A DNA stretch of 64,000 bases from the NCBI RefSeq assembly GCF_009914755.1, contig NC_060944.1; one strand, written 5' to 3'. This document shows, piece after piece, positions 39,491-52,000 of the stretch; positions within the stretch are counted from its first letter, which is position 1; the number at the start of each line of letters is the position of its first letter. The notes under the pieces are model-generated. The model ran no database searches. It saw only the letters and a list, made by a program, of their open reading frames with translations, and had not been told where the DNA came from. The stretch is from the human T2T-CHM13v2.0 reference genome, Homo sapiens. A program made the position numbers and the translations under genes.

Positions 39491-40779
39491 CTCTCATTGA
39501 CTCACTCACACTTTGGACAAGACCCTAGATCTCCAGGCCTGATTCTCTTGGCCTATTTTAAATCAAAGTATAATGGGCTCCACAATGGCCTTTTTCAAGG
39601 TGGCTGCTGGGTTTCTTTAGGAAGGAGTTCAAATTTGGACATCCAAATTATGCACAAAGCTGGTGCTCTATTTGCCCCAGAAACCAAAGGGACCATCTTC
39701 AGGCTCACCCATCTCTCCTTGCTCAGTGGCATGCTGTCCCAGGGTGGGAGCTTTTAAGGACATTGCCAGGAAAAAATAAAAGGCCCGAGAGATTTGTCTT
39801 AGAGGTACATACTCAAACTCCCCCGCCCCCTTCTTTTTGACATAAGAGACTAAGATTTTACACCCTCCAAAAGAAAGTTTCTTTTCACATACACTTTGGA
39901 AAATAATCAAATCTTATCTTGTTTGTCTCTTCCAAAGAAAGCTACCACCAAAGAAACACAGGGGTTACATCCTACAGGTCAGCCCAAGCCCTGCCCCAGG
40001 GAGGTGGTCCCTTTTTACAAAGACAAGGAGGAGCAGAGAAGTTCCCTGCAGTTCCACCCCCTCCCACTGACCACACAAAAAAGCAAAGAACACCTTTATC
40101 AAAAACTGCTGTGGACACAGCTGGCCGGCCAGTGAATGCTGGACGGTCAAGGCCCAGGCTGGGGAAGGGGTACAGAATGGTTGTGGGCGAAGCCCCATGC
40201 AGGTTAGGTGTGAGGATGGGGGGCCTCTCTTGTGGCCTAGGGAACATCGTAAGGTCACACTGGTCCAGACTGCAAATGTCTGGTGCCAGAGGCCCCTGAA
40301 GGAGGTTGCAGGGGGCAGCAGAGCAGTGACCCCCAAGAGCCTCAATCTTTTCCATGACGTAGAGGAGCAGAACACACATCTCCTCCACTCCTAAGGAGAA
40401 GGAGGGCAGGGGAGCCTCCCACTCCCCAGCACCTGCACAGTTGGCTTGCCAAGAGATCCACAAACTCAGAACAAAAGCAGGTGGTCTGGGAGCCAGAAAT
40501 CCAAGGCCTTGCTTGTGGGTGTACTTCTGCTTGGGCCCTTGGCTGTGGCTGGTTAGGTTGAAAAGGAAGCCTGGGCCTTTTGGAGCAGCATCTCCCACGG
40601 CAACAGGAGACCCCTCAGAAGGTGCAGAGCCCCCCGTGGAACACAGGGCCACCAGTCTTCTCCTTGGAGTCAGGCAGGGTGCCACCTCAGAGCTCCTGAG
40701 CCCAGTTACTGCCATTCACACAAAAGGGGGCTTGGTCACAGCAGCCTCTGGACTCCGGCAGGTTCCCCATCCCATTGAG

Positions 40780-40833
40780 CTAAAAGGAGCTTAAATATTC
40801 CAGTGCCACCTCGTATACAAATTTATACTGTTC
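40780..40833 (-). CDS. PTPRT: PTPRT terminal exon, coding part (EQYKFVYEVALEYLSSF*)
   Basis: Acceptor CCTCTCAG|GAA after a long pyrimidine tract. 17 codons plus TAG (40780-40782); EQYxFxY is the PTP motif 10 end. Confidence 0.96.
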   Translation of the reverse strand, partial: EQYKFVYEVALEYLSSF

Positions 40834-41079
40834 CTGAGAGGCGGAGAGGAGCAGAGGCAGAGAGGGAGAAGAGGAGACGAGAGAGATGAAAAAGGAAAGG
40901 GAAAATGCATTTAGTTTAGAGATACAGATTTTGGAGAAAACTTTTTCTATATCCATATTATGTCAACTCAAAATTACCCATATCTGGACATCCTTCAAAA
41001 TTCTGCTTGATGCCTGCTTCTACCCAAGCTTCCTCGAATGCCCAGCTGGCATCATTCCCTTTCTTTTTTACTGTTTTGT

Positions 41080-41250
41080 ACAACAGGGCTTCTCAAACTG
41101 TAACGTGCATACAAGGCAGCCAGAAATCTTTTTAAAATGCACATTCTGATTCAGTAAATCTGGAGTGGGGCTCAAGATTCTGCATTTCTAACAAGCTCCC
41201 AGATAATGATGCTGCTGCTGGTCTGTGACCCACACGTTAATATGGCCTCA
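41080..41250. mobile_element. MER5A in the last intron
   Basis: ttctcaaact...ttctgattcagtaaatctggagtggggctcaagattctgcatttctaacaagctccca. Confidence 0.75.
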
Positions 41251-41575
41251 TTTTGACTAAGACCACTATTCGAGTAGGTTTAAAGACTTATATTAAAGCT
41301 CCTCGTGCATGGTGCGGTGGTCCACCATGGTACCAGGTCTTATCACCCGGGGCTCTGCCCACACACTCTCTTTATCACACTTTCCTCCATAGTACTCTCT
41401 ACTATAAATGCTCTCTATTGTAAAAATTACCATAAATTAATTGGAATATAATTGGACTGAATTGAAAACATACTTCACATTCTACTAATCCAGCATCCTT
41501 TCCTTTAGGCCTGAATTAATGACACTGTCTTAAGGAATGGGCAGAAAGTGAAGCAAAGTAGGTGTACCAGGATTA

Positions 41576-41950
<375 letters not shown>

Positions 41951-44581
41951 CTAGGTCCCTTCCAGGCACCTGATGATTCTAAAGCTACATCAGTAGGAGT
42001 AGGGATCAGCTGTCTGGGCAGATGCAAGGCAAGGCAATGGTGAAGGCTTTAGCCTGAGCCATGAGTTATGGTTTGAGTCCCATCTGTGCCATTAACTTGC
42101 TTTGACCTTGGCCAAGTCACTTCCTCTGTCTGGGCCCCAAGTTCCCCACTTGTATAATGAAGGGGTTGGACTAGATGACCTTTGAGAGTTCAATTAGCTT
42201 GATGTTTTCTTGGTTCTATGAGCATGTTACAGTCACTCAGGGCACACTCACCCAAACCCCAAGGGCAGGATGGTACTGTGTCTTTGTACATGTGACACCT
42301 GCATCCTTGCTGATGCTTGCATCCATGTCCAAAAGAATGCTCTGGGTCCACTTAAACATCCAATAAAGACAATGAAAATTTCCAAGTGATTTTCCTACTA
42401 GTTCTTGCCATCCTCCACTAAGGACAGCAATGCTCTGTTAGCCTAGGGTCAGCCAGCCCAAGCTTGGAGGTAGGAACTTGGAGGGAGGAACTGGTCCTGA
42501 TAGGCTTTATCTTAAAATGACAGGTCTCTACTATACACTTTGGTTTAAGCAAGATGCTACTGATCTTGAGTCTAGGGATACAGGGTTGGTGGCAGAACTG
42601 TGTCTCTGTTACTCCTTTCTGAAACTCCATAAATCATCTTCATGGAAACACCCTTCAAACTCTTTACAGACAGTCCCTGTAGGAATATGCCTGATTCAGA
42701 ACTCCTGGGCGTGTTGCCAAGAGCAACTAATGATTTCATGTAATGGTCTGTGTCTAAAGAACATCTGGACAGAAACTAAGGCACTCAGTCAATCTCCCAG
42801 ATATTTTATCTACAGGACATGCAGTGACCAGATGTTTCAAGTACAGAGAGTTGCTTTCCATTCACTGACTGGTGCCTGCATTTCAAGGTCTGTTATGGTG
42901 TCTGTGGCCCTCAAGGAAACCAAGTTCCCTGTTGGTAAAAGAATGCCCCTGTACCTTCCTTTGGCTCAAACTACTGGCCACCTTGGCTGGAAAGGACATA
43001 GATAAAAAGACACTAGTGCAAAAAAAAAAAAAAAAAAGCAGGCTAAAAAACAAACATGAGAGAGAGAGAGAGGAGAGAAAGGTCTCCTATGAAAGACGGT
43101 TCTATCATTTCTGAAGCAAGAATAACAGCGTCCAAAAGGAAGAGGTGAGTAGACACAGGGTCTCAGGGCCTGGTGGTGTGAGACCCTGAAAGATGGGTGC
43201 TAAGGTAAGGTCACCTGAATGTGTGGGAGGCATCTGGGCATCTGGAGGCAGCAGCTATTAGCTGGCAGGAAACCAGCTGCTAGTTTCTGGGATGTGGGCA
43301 GAGCCAGCTGGGCTTGGCTGATGTCACCCATCAGCCTGACTTGGGACACTACGCAGCATCTTCCTGAACTCTAGCCTGAGGTTTGCTTCCTCTGGAGAAG
43401 AATTTTTGCTGCAGGTGGTGGCCCTGAAGCTCTGTGTGTGCATCTCTATGTGTCTGTGTGTTTAACCTCCTTTAAGCTCTTTGACTTGCCTAACATGTGC
43501 ATGCACCACCTGTTTGAGAGGGAGAATAATTAGCTGGTTTTGAAAAGACTGACCTCAATTCTGAGGTCAGTCAGATGTTATCAGTGCCTCCACTAGCTCC
43601 AGAAATATTTGTTGTAAGAAAGAGAAGACCTTCGTTCAAATTTCCTTTAACATAACATTTTAAAAGAGAGAGGCCTTCTCAATGACTTTTCCTCAAATCG
43701 TTGAAGTTCTAAGAAGCAAAGTGAGTGTGAATCAAATATTTCACACATAGCTGTTATGGCTGCAGATTTGTTTTGGGTGTGAGACTTTGTAGAATCCTCT
43801 GTGGTCACTCTATACTCCCAGGATAGATTCTGTGACACTTGCTCTTTTAAGTAATTACATTTACGTTTGCATATTTGCTACCATGACATTCTTGGTCTCT
43901 ATGTTGGCAGATAAAGTGTGTTCACTTTCTATTTCATGCCAAAGCACTATAAGGTCTGAAGATTGTCTAATTCCACATACCCAATGAACAGACGAGGAAA
44001 CTCAGGCTTATAAAATTCAGTGATTTTCTTGACGTTGCACAGCTTGTCAGCCACTGTCCTCTCGAGGTCCTGACCTCCACCCAGCGTAATGACACCAGAA
44101 TTCATTAGACTGGACAATGTCCATTCGAAGACAGGAGGTAAAGTCTCCAGTTCACCCCAGCAATGGGGGTATAAACACAGCTGGTCTGGAGCTCACTGTG
44201 CCCCTGCACAATAGTGTTCCTAGAGTCCTTCACATCCATCTATCAGCCCCTGAGGGCAGTGCCTTTCCCTCATGCTCTTTTTGTCCTATGATCCCTTTAA
44301 GCCCATTGTAGAGAAGCAGGCAACCTCCTCTCATGTTTGTGGAAAGACCACTAGGTTTTGCATCAATAATATGTCATATATTAGTTCAGGACAACAAACT
44401 GGCAGCCCCGTTCCATTAAAGGATCATAATTCCTTTGAATGTACTGCCACTAGCCTTTGAGGGATGTTGAGTTGTGGTATAGCCAGGCCTGCCTAGGACT
44501 GGGGTATGTGGCCAGCAGCATCTGCAAGGATGCTCTATCACCCACCACCCTATTGCCCTGGTGACACCTCCCTAGTACTCA

Positions 44582-44764
<183 letters not shown>

Positions 44765-45520
44765 TTAGGGCTGTTCTGCTGGGGATGCTTGCGTACATGC
44801 ACCTTGCAGATACCCCGGGGACTGCAGCATCATGGTGGAAGACAGACCAAATGGGATCTAAGCCATGTCCTCACGGGGAGAGTCCCCATGACTACTTCTA
44901 TTCCTTCGTGTACACAGATTCTCTTGCCGTGACTGCCCTGAACCCCCTTTTGTACCTGAAAAACTCCTGCTCAGCCTTCAAAACCCAATTTAAATGTCCC
45001 TTTCTTTAGGAAAGCCTTCCCTGACTCTGTTGGGCAGAGTTTTTTCTCCCTGAGGCTCATGTGCCAGAACATGTCTCACTGTCTCAGTGGACAGTGAACT
45101 CTGAGCAGGGGGGTAGGGGAGGTGCTGAGCTCCTTTCATCCTGGGCCCCAAGTAGTGACCAAAGCTGCATTAGTTAGCAACCATTTCATAGATTGCTAAT
45201 CTGCCCCTCCCACCCACTACTCTGCTCAGCCAGTGAACATCCTCATGGAAGTAAGTAGTCACTTTTCATCTAGGTGTTGGCAGTGCCTGGCCCAAAGCTT
45301 ATGGGATCCAATCAAAGGCTGCATCAACTCATGCCAGTACAGAGACACAGTGGGGAAGAGCTAATGTCTAAGAAGTTTTGTCTACACGGCAGCAAGTGTG
45401 TCAGGAAACAGGCAGATGGCAGGTTGGATGTCGCTCGTTGCATCTCTATGTGTTGGAGTCATTGCTGAGTCTGGAGCCGGAATCAGCACAGGCATCACTT
45501 CCTCAAGGAAGAAATTATCA

Positions 45521-45772
<252 letters not shown>

Positions 45773-45830
45773 TCACAGAAGGAGGTCAAAGGCAGGGGGC
45801 CGGTATCAAAGTCTCATTTATCAACAAGCT

Positions 45831-46206
<376 letters not shown>

Positions 46207-46551
46207 TAGACTCAGTTTCCCCTTTAGGGAGCAGCCATCCACTTTTTCTGGTGTTGAAATATCAAGGCTTTGAGCACAGAAACACTGGGCTTGCAAATCT
46301 TTGCTATGTTGATTTCAAACCATTTGTTAGGTTTGCTTAACCTGAGTTTCCTCATCTGTAAAATGGGGAGAATAATATCTACCTCTAAGCCCCGCTGTCA
46401 GGATTAGATAGAACATGCTAAAGAAAGGGCAAGTACCATCTAGTTTTCTTTTCACCACGCAAATCATCACAAGCTCTTCCTCATTCCAGGAAAACCTTCA
46501 TAGTGTTCATTCATGATCAGATCAGAAGTAGTGTAAAAAATATAGGGGTTT

Positions 46552-46627
46552 CGGGAGGCGGAGCTTGCAGTGAGCTGAGATCGCGCCACTGCACTCCAGC
46601 CTGGGTGACACAGCGAGACTCCATCTC

Positions 46628-46658
<31 letters not shown>

Positions 46659-46661
46659 TAT
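46552..46661 (+). mobile_element. 5'-truncated AluY-type right-arm end plus (AT)n, inside a MIR
   Basis: cgggaggcggagcttgcagtgagc (AluY diagnostic), A15, then (TA)9. Confidence 0.88.
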
Positions 46662-46897
46662 GGGTTTGACCTCAGGCGGCCTTGGGTCCAAATCTGGTCT
46701 CAGGTGCTCACTAGCTGTGCAGCCCAGGCCTCAGTTTTCTCATAGGTAAAGTGGGGATAATTATGCTTACTTTGCACCAAAAGTTAATGTCACATGGTGC
46801 TGACAGATCTTGCCTATGATTCTTTCTATTTATCTGGAATTGGAAATTAGAACCTACAGCTGAGAGCAAAAGGCAGTGATTGACCTTCTGTTTAAGA

Positions 46898-47105
46898 CAG
46901 TGGTTCTCAGTCTGAGACTGTTTTGTTTCCCAGAGGGCATCTGGGCAATGTCTGAAGACATTTTGATTGTCACACCTGCGGGTTGCTATGGGCATTTAGT
47001 GAGTAGAGGAGAGGATGCTACTCAACATCCTGCAGTGCACAGATTAGCTCCCCCCGAGAGTTATGTGGCCCCAAATATCCATAGTGCAGAGACTGAGAAA
47101 ACCTA
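46898..47105. mobile_element. MER20 DNA transposon
   Basis: cagtggttctca...ggcaatgtctgaagacattttgattgtcac...ggatgctactcaacatcctgcagtgcacag...gactgagaaaacc. Confidence 0.85.
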
Positions 47106-47121
47106 GTATAAAATCATTATA

Positions 47122-47440
<319 letters not shown>

Positions 47441-47487
47441 ATAAATTATTCTTTAAGCTTCAGGGGTCATTGAGAAGAAGAGATGGA

Positions 47488-47788
47488 GGCTGGGTGCGGT
47501 GGCTTACGCCTGTAATCCCAGCACTTTGGGAGGCCAAGGTGGGTGGATCGTGAGGTCAGGAGTTCGAGACCAGCTTGGCCAAGATGGTGAAACCCGTCTC
47601 CACTAAAAATACAAAAATTAGCCGGGTATGGTGGTGGGCACCTGTAATCCCAGCTACTCAGGAGGCTGAGGCAGGAGAATCACTTGAACCCAGGGGGCAG
47701 AGGTTGTAGTGGGTGGAGATCACGCCACTGTACTCCAACCTGGGAAACAGAGCAAGACTCCATTTCAAAAAAAAAAAAAAAAAAAAAA
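47488..47788 (+). mobile_element. AluSg-like
   Basis: Full Alu; perfect 15-bp TSD agaagaagagatgga (47473-47487 and 47796-47810). Confidence 0.95.
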
Positions 47789-48473
47789 TAGAAGAAGAAG
47801 AAGAGATGGATATCTTGTTTCTTGTATCTTTGTCTCTGTTAAGCCACTAGATAACTTTAGCTGAGGAGAGAATGTTGAGGTGGGGGGTGGGGTGTGTGGC
47901 TGCAGAGAGGAGCAAGGCATGCTCCCTCCAGTTCCTGGTTCCCAAGGGGCACAAGATGGATCCTGCCTAGGTCTACAGGTCCCATTGCTGGGGTACAGAG
48001 GGGAGACAAGATTGCGGCTGCAGGCTCGCTGGGGACCACCCCAACATGAACAAAGAAGTCATGTGTTAGACCCTTCATCTGGGGGTTACCCTGAAGATAT
48101 AGCCAAGATTCACAAAGAAAGACCCACCGAGGCTTCTGAGAGCAGTTTGGGATTGAGTCTCTCCTCAGCGGGGGTCTGGTTCAGGCTACCCCAGGCTTGC
48201 AAATAGGGGGCTAGATGGACAGAAGTGACCCACCCCCTACAGATGCAGGGTTTTCATCGAAGGGGGTGCTTGCTCTCCACTTCGTGGCCGAAGAACAGCC
48301 ATCTCACCCTGAGAAGTCACATGTGAAAATACCTTCATTCTCTCCTTCCTCCAGAACTAGAATTAGAAGGGAAGAGCAGCGAGCAGGAAGGATGTAGGAG
48401 ATGGAAACTCATGTCTCCCACCTTCTTAGCTGTGGAAACCCCAAGTTCTAGCTTAGGAATATTCACCTTATAG

Positions 48474-48696
48474 CAGCAGTTGGCATACTATTGCCCACAA
48501 GCCAACCCAGCCAGCTGCCTATTTTTGCATATAAAGCTTTGCTGAAACACAGCTACACTTATTCATTTATGTATTGTCCACAGTTGCTTTCATGCATCAC
48601 CCACAGAGTTGGGTAGTTGTAACAAAGACCATATAGCCTGCAAAACCTGAAATATTTCCTATCTGGCTCTTTACAGAAAAAGTTTGGCAACCCCTA
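48474..48696. mobile_element. MER58A DNA transposon
   Basis: gttggcatactattgcccac...ataaagctttgctgaaacacagc...ctttacagaaaaagtttggcaacccct. Confidence 0.8.
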
Positions 48697-48991
48697 CTTT
48701 ATAGGGTTGTTCTGAGGATAAAGGACATAATTCATGTAAATAAACCCTTACCACAGTGCCAGGCATGGAATAAGCATTTACTAAATTCCAGTGATTCATA
48801 CCATTGTTGAATCCATCAGTGCTCAACAAAAATAATAATAGTAATAGCTATGATATATAAATTTGAAGGATTCTTCTTATCGCCCCTCATAAATAGCATA
48901 AGTATGCAAGGTTAAGCTTCAGAACGCAATGATGCCTTGCTTTCCTGGCGTCTCCACTGGGGGTTAACCAAGCATAGTGAGAAAGGAGCTC

Positions 48992-49026
48992 TGAGTGTGT
49001 GTGAGTGTGTGTGTGTGTGTGTGTGT
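48992..49026 (+). repeat. (TG)n microsatellite, interrupted
   Basis: Seen directly. Confidence 0.92.
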
Positions 49027-52000
49027 CTTGTCGGGCGCTGGTCACGGGCCTCCATGGCTGGACAACCATCTGCTGAGCTGTGCAATGATGACAAATCCAC
49101 AATTTGAACTTCATTTCTCTTTGCCATTGGCTCTTCCGCCTTGCAACCTTCACAGTAATGAGAGATTGGTACAAATAAGTCTATGGTTAGTCAGAGAAAC
49201 CAGAATTAATCAGAACTGCCCATTAAAAAAAATAATTGCCTTTATCACCTGCACTGAATTTAGGGTTCCTAGAGTTTGGCTGTGATCCTGACACAAGGTG
49301 CATGGATCCAAGGTATCAGGGAAGTCCTATTATCCCCAATATCTTCAGTCTGGAGAGAATGTGGAATGATTTGTCTCTTTTAATAAGATTTCCAGACCAA
49401 TTTCTCAAGCTAATAGATTCTACTACGCCTCAAACAAGACTCCTATATTTCGGGACACTTCTCTGCATTCGATTTTCTGGGTCACTCTCTCATAATGCCC
49501 AGAGGGCTGGGGAAGGTTGCAGGCTTTTCTAATCCTAAATCAGAGTCATCCTTTCACTTGGATGCCCTAATTTGTGAGACTACAGCAGCAGCAGAATGGG
49601 TGAATTCAGCAGGGTGATGTGCTGGCAAATGTGGTGTTTGAGCTGCCACGGATCATCAGGGTCTCTCTGCAGCCCGGGACACTGCATATATTCTAGCCAT
49701 GGGAAATAAGAGAAAGAAAGCAGGGGGGCCATGTTTTCTCTTCCCACTGACCCTTTGGGGCTCAGAAATGACTCTCATCAATAAGAAACATCCTCTGTGG
49801 TTTAGCTCAAGACTGTCCTGGTGTTCAAGTGCTGTAGCTGCACCTGAATGGATGCTACCATTTTGGTTTGCTTATGTTGTGTAGCAAAAGGTGCGAAAAT
49901 GCATTGGGGTTTCTTCTTGAAGCTCCCTGGATTCAAATCGTGGCTCTATCGCTTTCTAGTTTGAATGGCTTGGCTACATCTCTTAGCTTCTCCAGTTTGT
50001 TATGAGTGGCTGTGAATTTTAATGTCTACTTAGCATAGGGATCTGTATCTAGCAAGTACTCAATTAATGTAAGCTGTGATTATTAGGCAGTATGGGGGAG
50101 GGTTCCTCAAACCAAGATGGATAAATAGATGATTTTTTTCCTCCACTTAGTAGCTTTTATGAAAATTTCTCTTTAGGATAATACTCAAAGGACTGCCCGT
50201 GTGGAAATTCTGGATCAGCCAGCTTGGGGTAGCTGTGAAGATGAGTAGCATCCTAGATATGGGATACTGCATGTCAAAATACAGAGATCTGTGGGTTGCT
50301 CCGATGAGCTGAATGACCCAGAAGATAAAAGAGGAAGGTTGAGATCACTGTAGAAGCAGTGAGGTATAAAAGGCAACTCAGTGTGTCACATAACCCTGCT
50401 CCTAAACTCTGAAATATGCCATAAACTCATAATAGCATGTAAAATGCATACTGTGCATGTATTTCTTGCAGAAACCAGCAAGAAACTGAGCTCGGCTCCC
50501 TGGCTCACATAGACATGGAACAGAGATCACATCTGTGAGTGGAGGAGCCAGACTTTTCATATAAGCACGTAAGCATCTGCGATTTATACAACTCCTGGGG
50601 AGGGAAAGCTTATGGTTTCTTAAGGCTCAGGAAATGGGAATTCTAGGAAGCCTACTTGCCTCTTTAAGATCACGAGGACGTAGCTGACCTAAAGGCCACA
50701 CTTACCCTGAATGCAACCTTGACATTTTCTTCCTTAGATGTAAAACTTTTGAAGTTGGCTGATCCAAGAATAGATTCAAATTCTTCAGCCAAGAGTCTAG
50801 ACCAACTGACTTTTTCCACTTCATTGCCTAGTAAGTACTCTCTCCTACCCTTTCTTTTCCAGTGGTCTGAGGGTGAAAGGTGATACTGCCTGAAGGGAGG
50901 GCTTTGCCACTGCAGATACATACAGGTAGTGGCGATGAACACACCGGGGAGAGGAAGTCAGTCCAGTTGTTGTTAATGATTTAGAAATAATCATGCTTCT
51001 TCCAAAAAAACAGAGGGGACTTTTGTTGTCTTTTGTCAGAACAAGTTAAACCAAGCAAAGGTTGTGAAGCCTGTGTGGATAGCCCTGGAACAGCTGCCAT
51101 ACATTATTCCACCTAGTGCTCTCCATAGCTGTTTGGGCCATGAAAAGATGTCCTTGGGGGGTGCAAGTTCACGTGTGATATATAACAAATGCAGAGGTAG
51201 CCTCACGCATTAAACGTCTTTTTCTTGCTGACGGAATCAGAAAGCTTGTTATCACTGGAATAAACATGCTCCGATGAGTTGAATGAAAACTAGCATATGG
51301 GTCTATTTTTGGAATAAACATTTTTAGAGCATATTTCAGTGCACCTTAGTTATGCCTTTCTTTTATTAAAAATACTTTGATAAAATGGAAAGGCCAAGTA
51401 ATATCATCACGTTAGAAATAAAGGACTTTATTTATTAAGGCCCCTGTGACCCAGAGTGAAGAAATCAATCCCAGGCCACCTAAAGGTGAAGTGAATTGGT
51501 ATTTTAAAGAGAGAAATGTAAGTTTCCTGAATTGTTTTTAAAATTCAGCATCAGTGATTATAAAATTCCTTTAAACAGATTCTATAAAGATCCAAAAATA
51601 TATAATTGGCTTTGATACTATGTCCAGTTAAGGAAGGCAGACTGTGAATGAAGGCATAAAGAAGACAGGGACAGAGGGAGAAAGAGAGGGAGAGAGAGGG
51701 GGGAGAGAGAGAGAGATTCACACATCTCTCCTCATTGTATCCTTCCAGTAGTCCCATGAAGCTCCATAATACAATCTCCACATAGTGGGTGGAAACTTAC
51801 TCTTAAAACAGCTGCATCAGAGTTTGTTTCAGGGAAGGAAGGGTTGGAGTTTAGGAACTTACCTACAGAAGAGTCTTGGGGCGGGAGGCAAGGCTCAGAG
51901 CAGGTTTAAGAAAGAGGTACTAAGGAGATGGCTAGATTTTGCAGCTTAAGAAAGGAACAACTTTTGGGGAGAGGGTGGAAGAGCTGAGAAGGGAGGGATG

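Larger units (their letters stand above)
32655..40779 (-). other. PTPRT: PTPRT 3' UTR (~8.1 kb)
   Basis: Runs from the stop codon to the first canonical AATAAA pair I found on the minus strand. Alu-free, with an AU/GU-rich terminal segment. Consistent with the known very long PTPRT mRNA; the exact cleavage base is uncertain. Confidence 0.8.

Noticed and set aside
40687-40782. Stop-codon readthrough giving a 30-aa extension
   Set aside because: The context is UAG-CUCA, not the efficient UGA-CUAG motif, and there is no other support.
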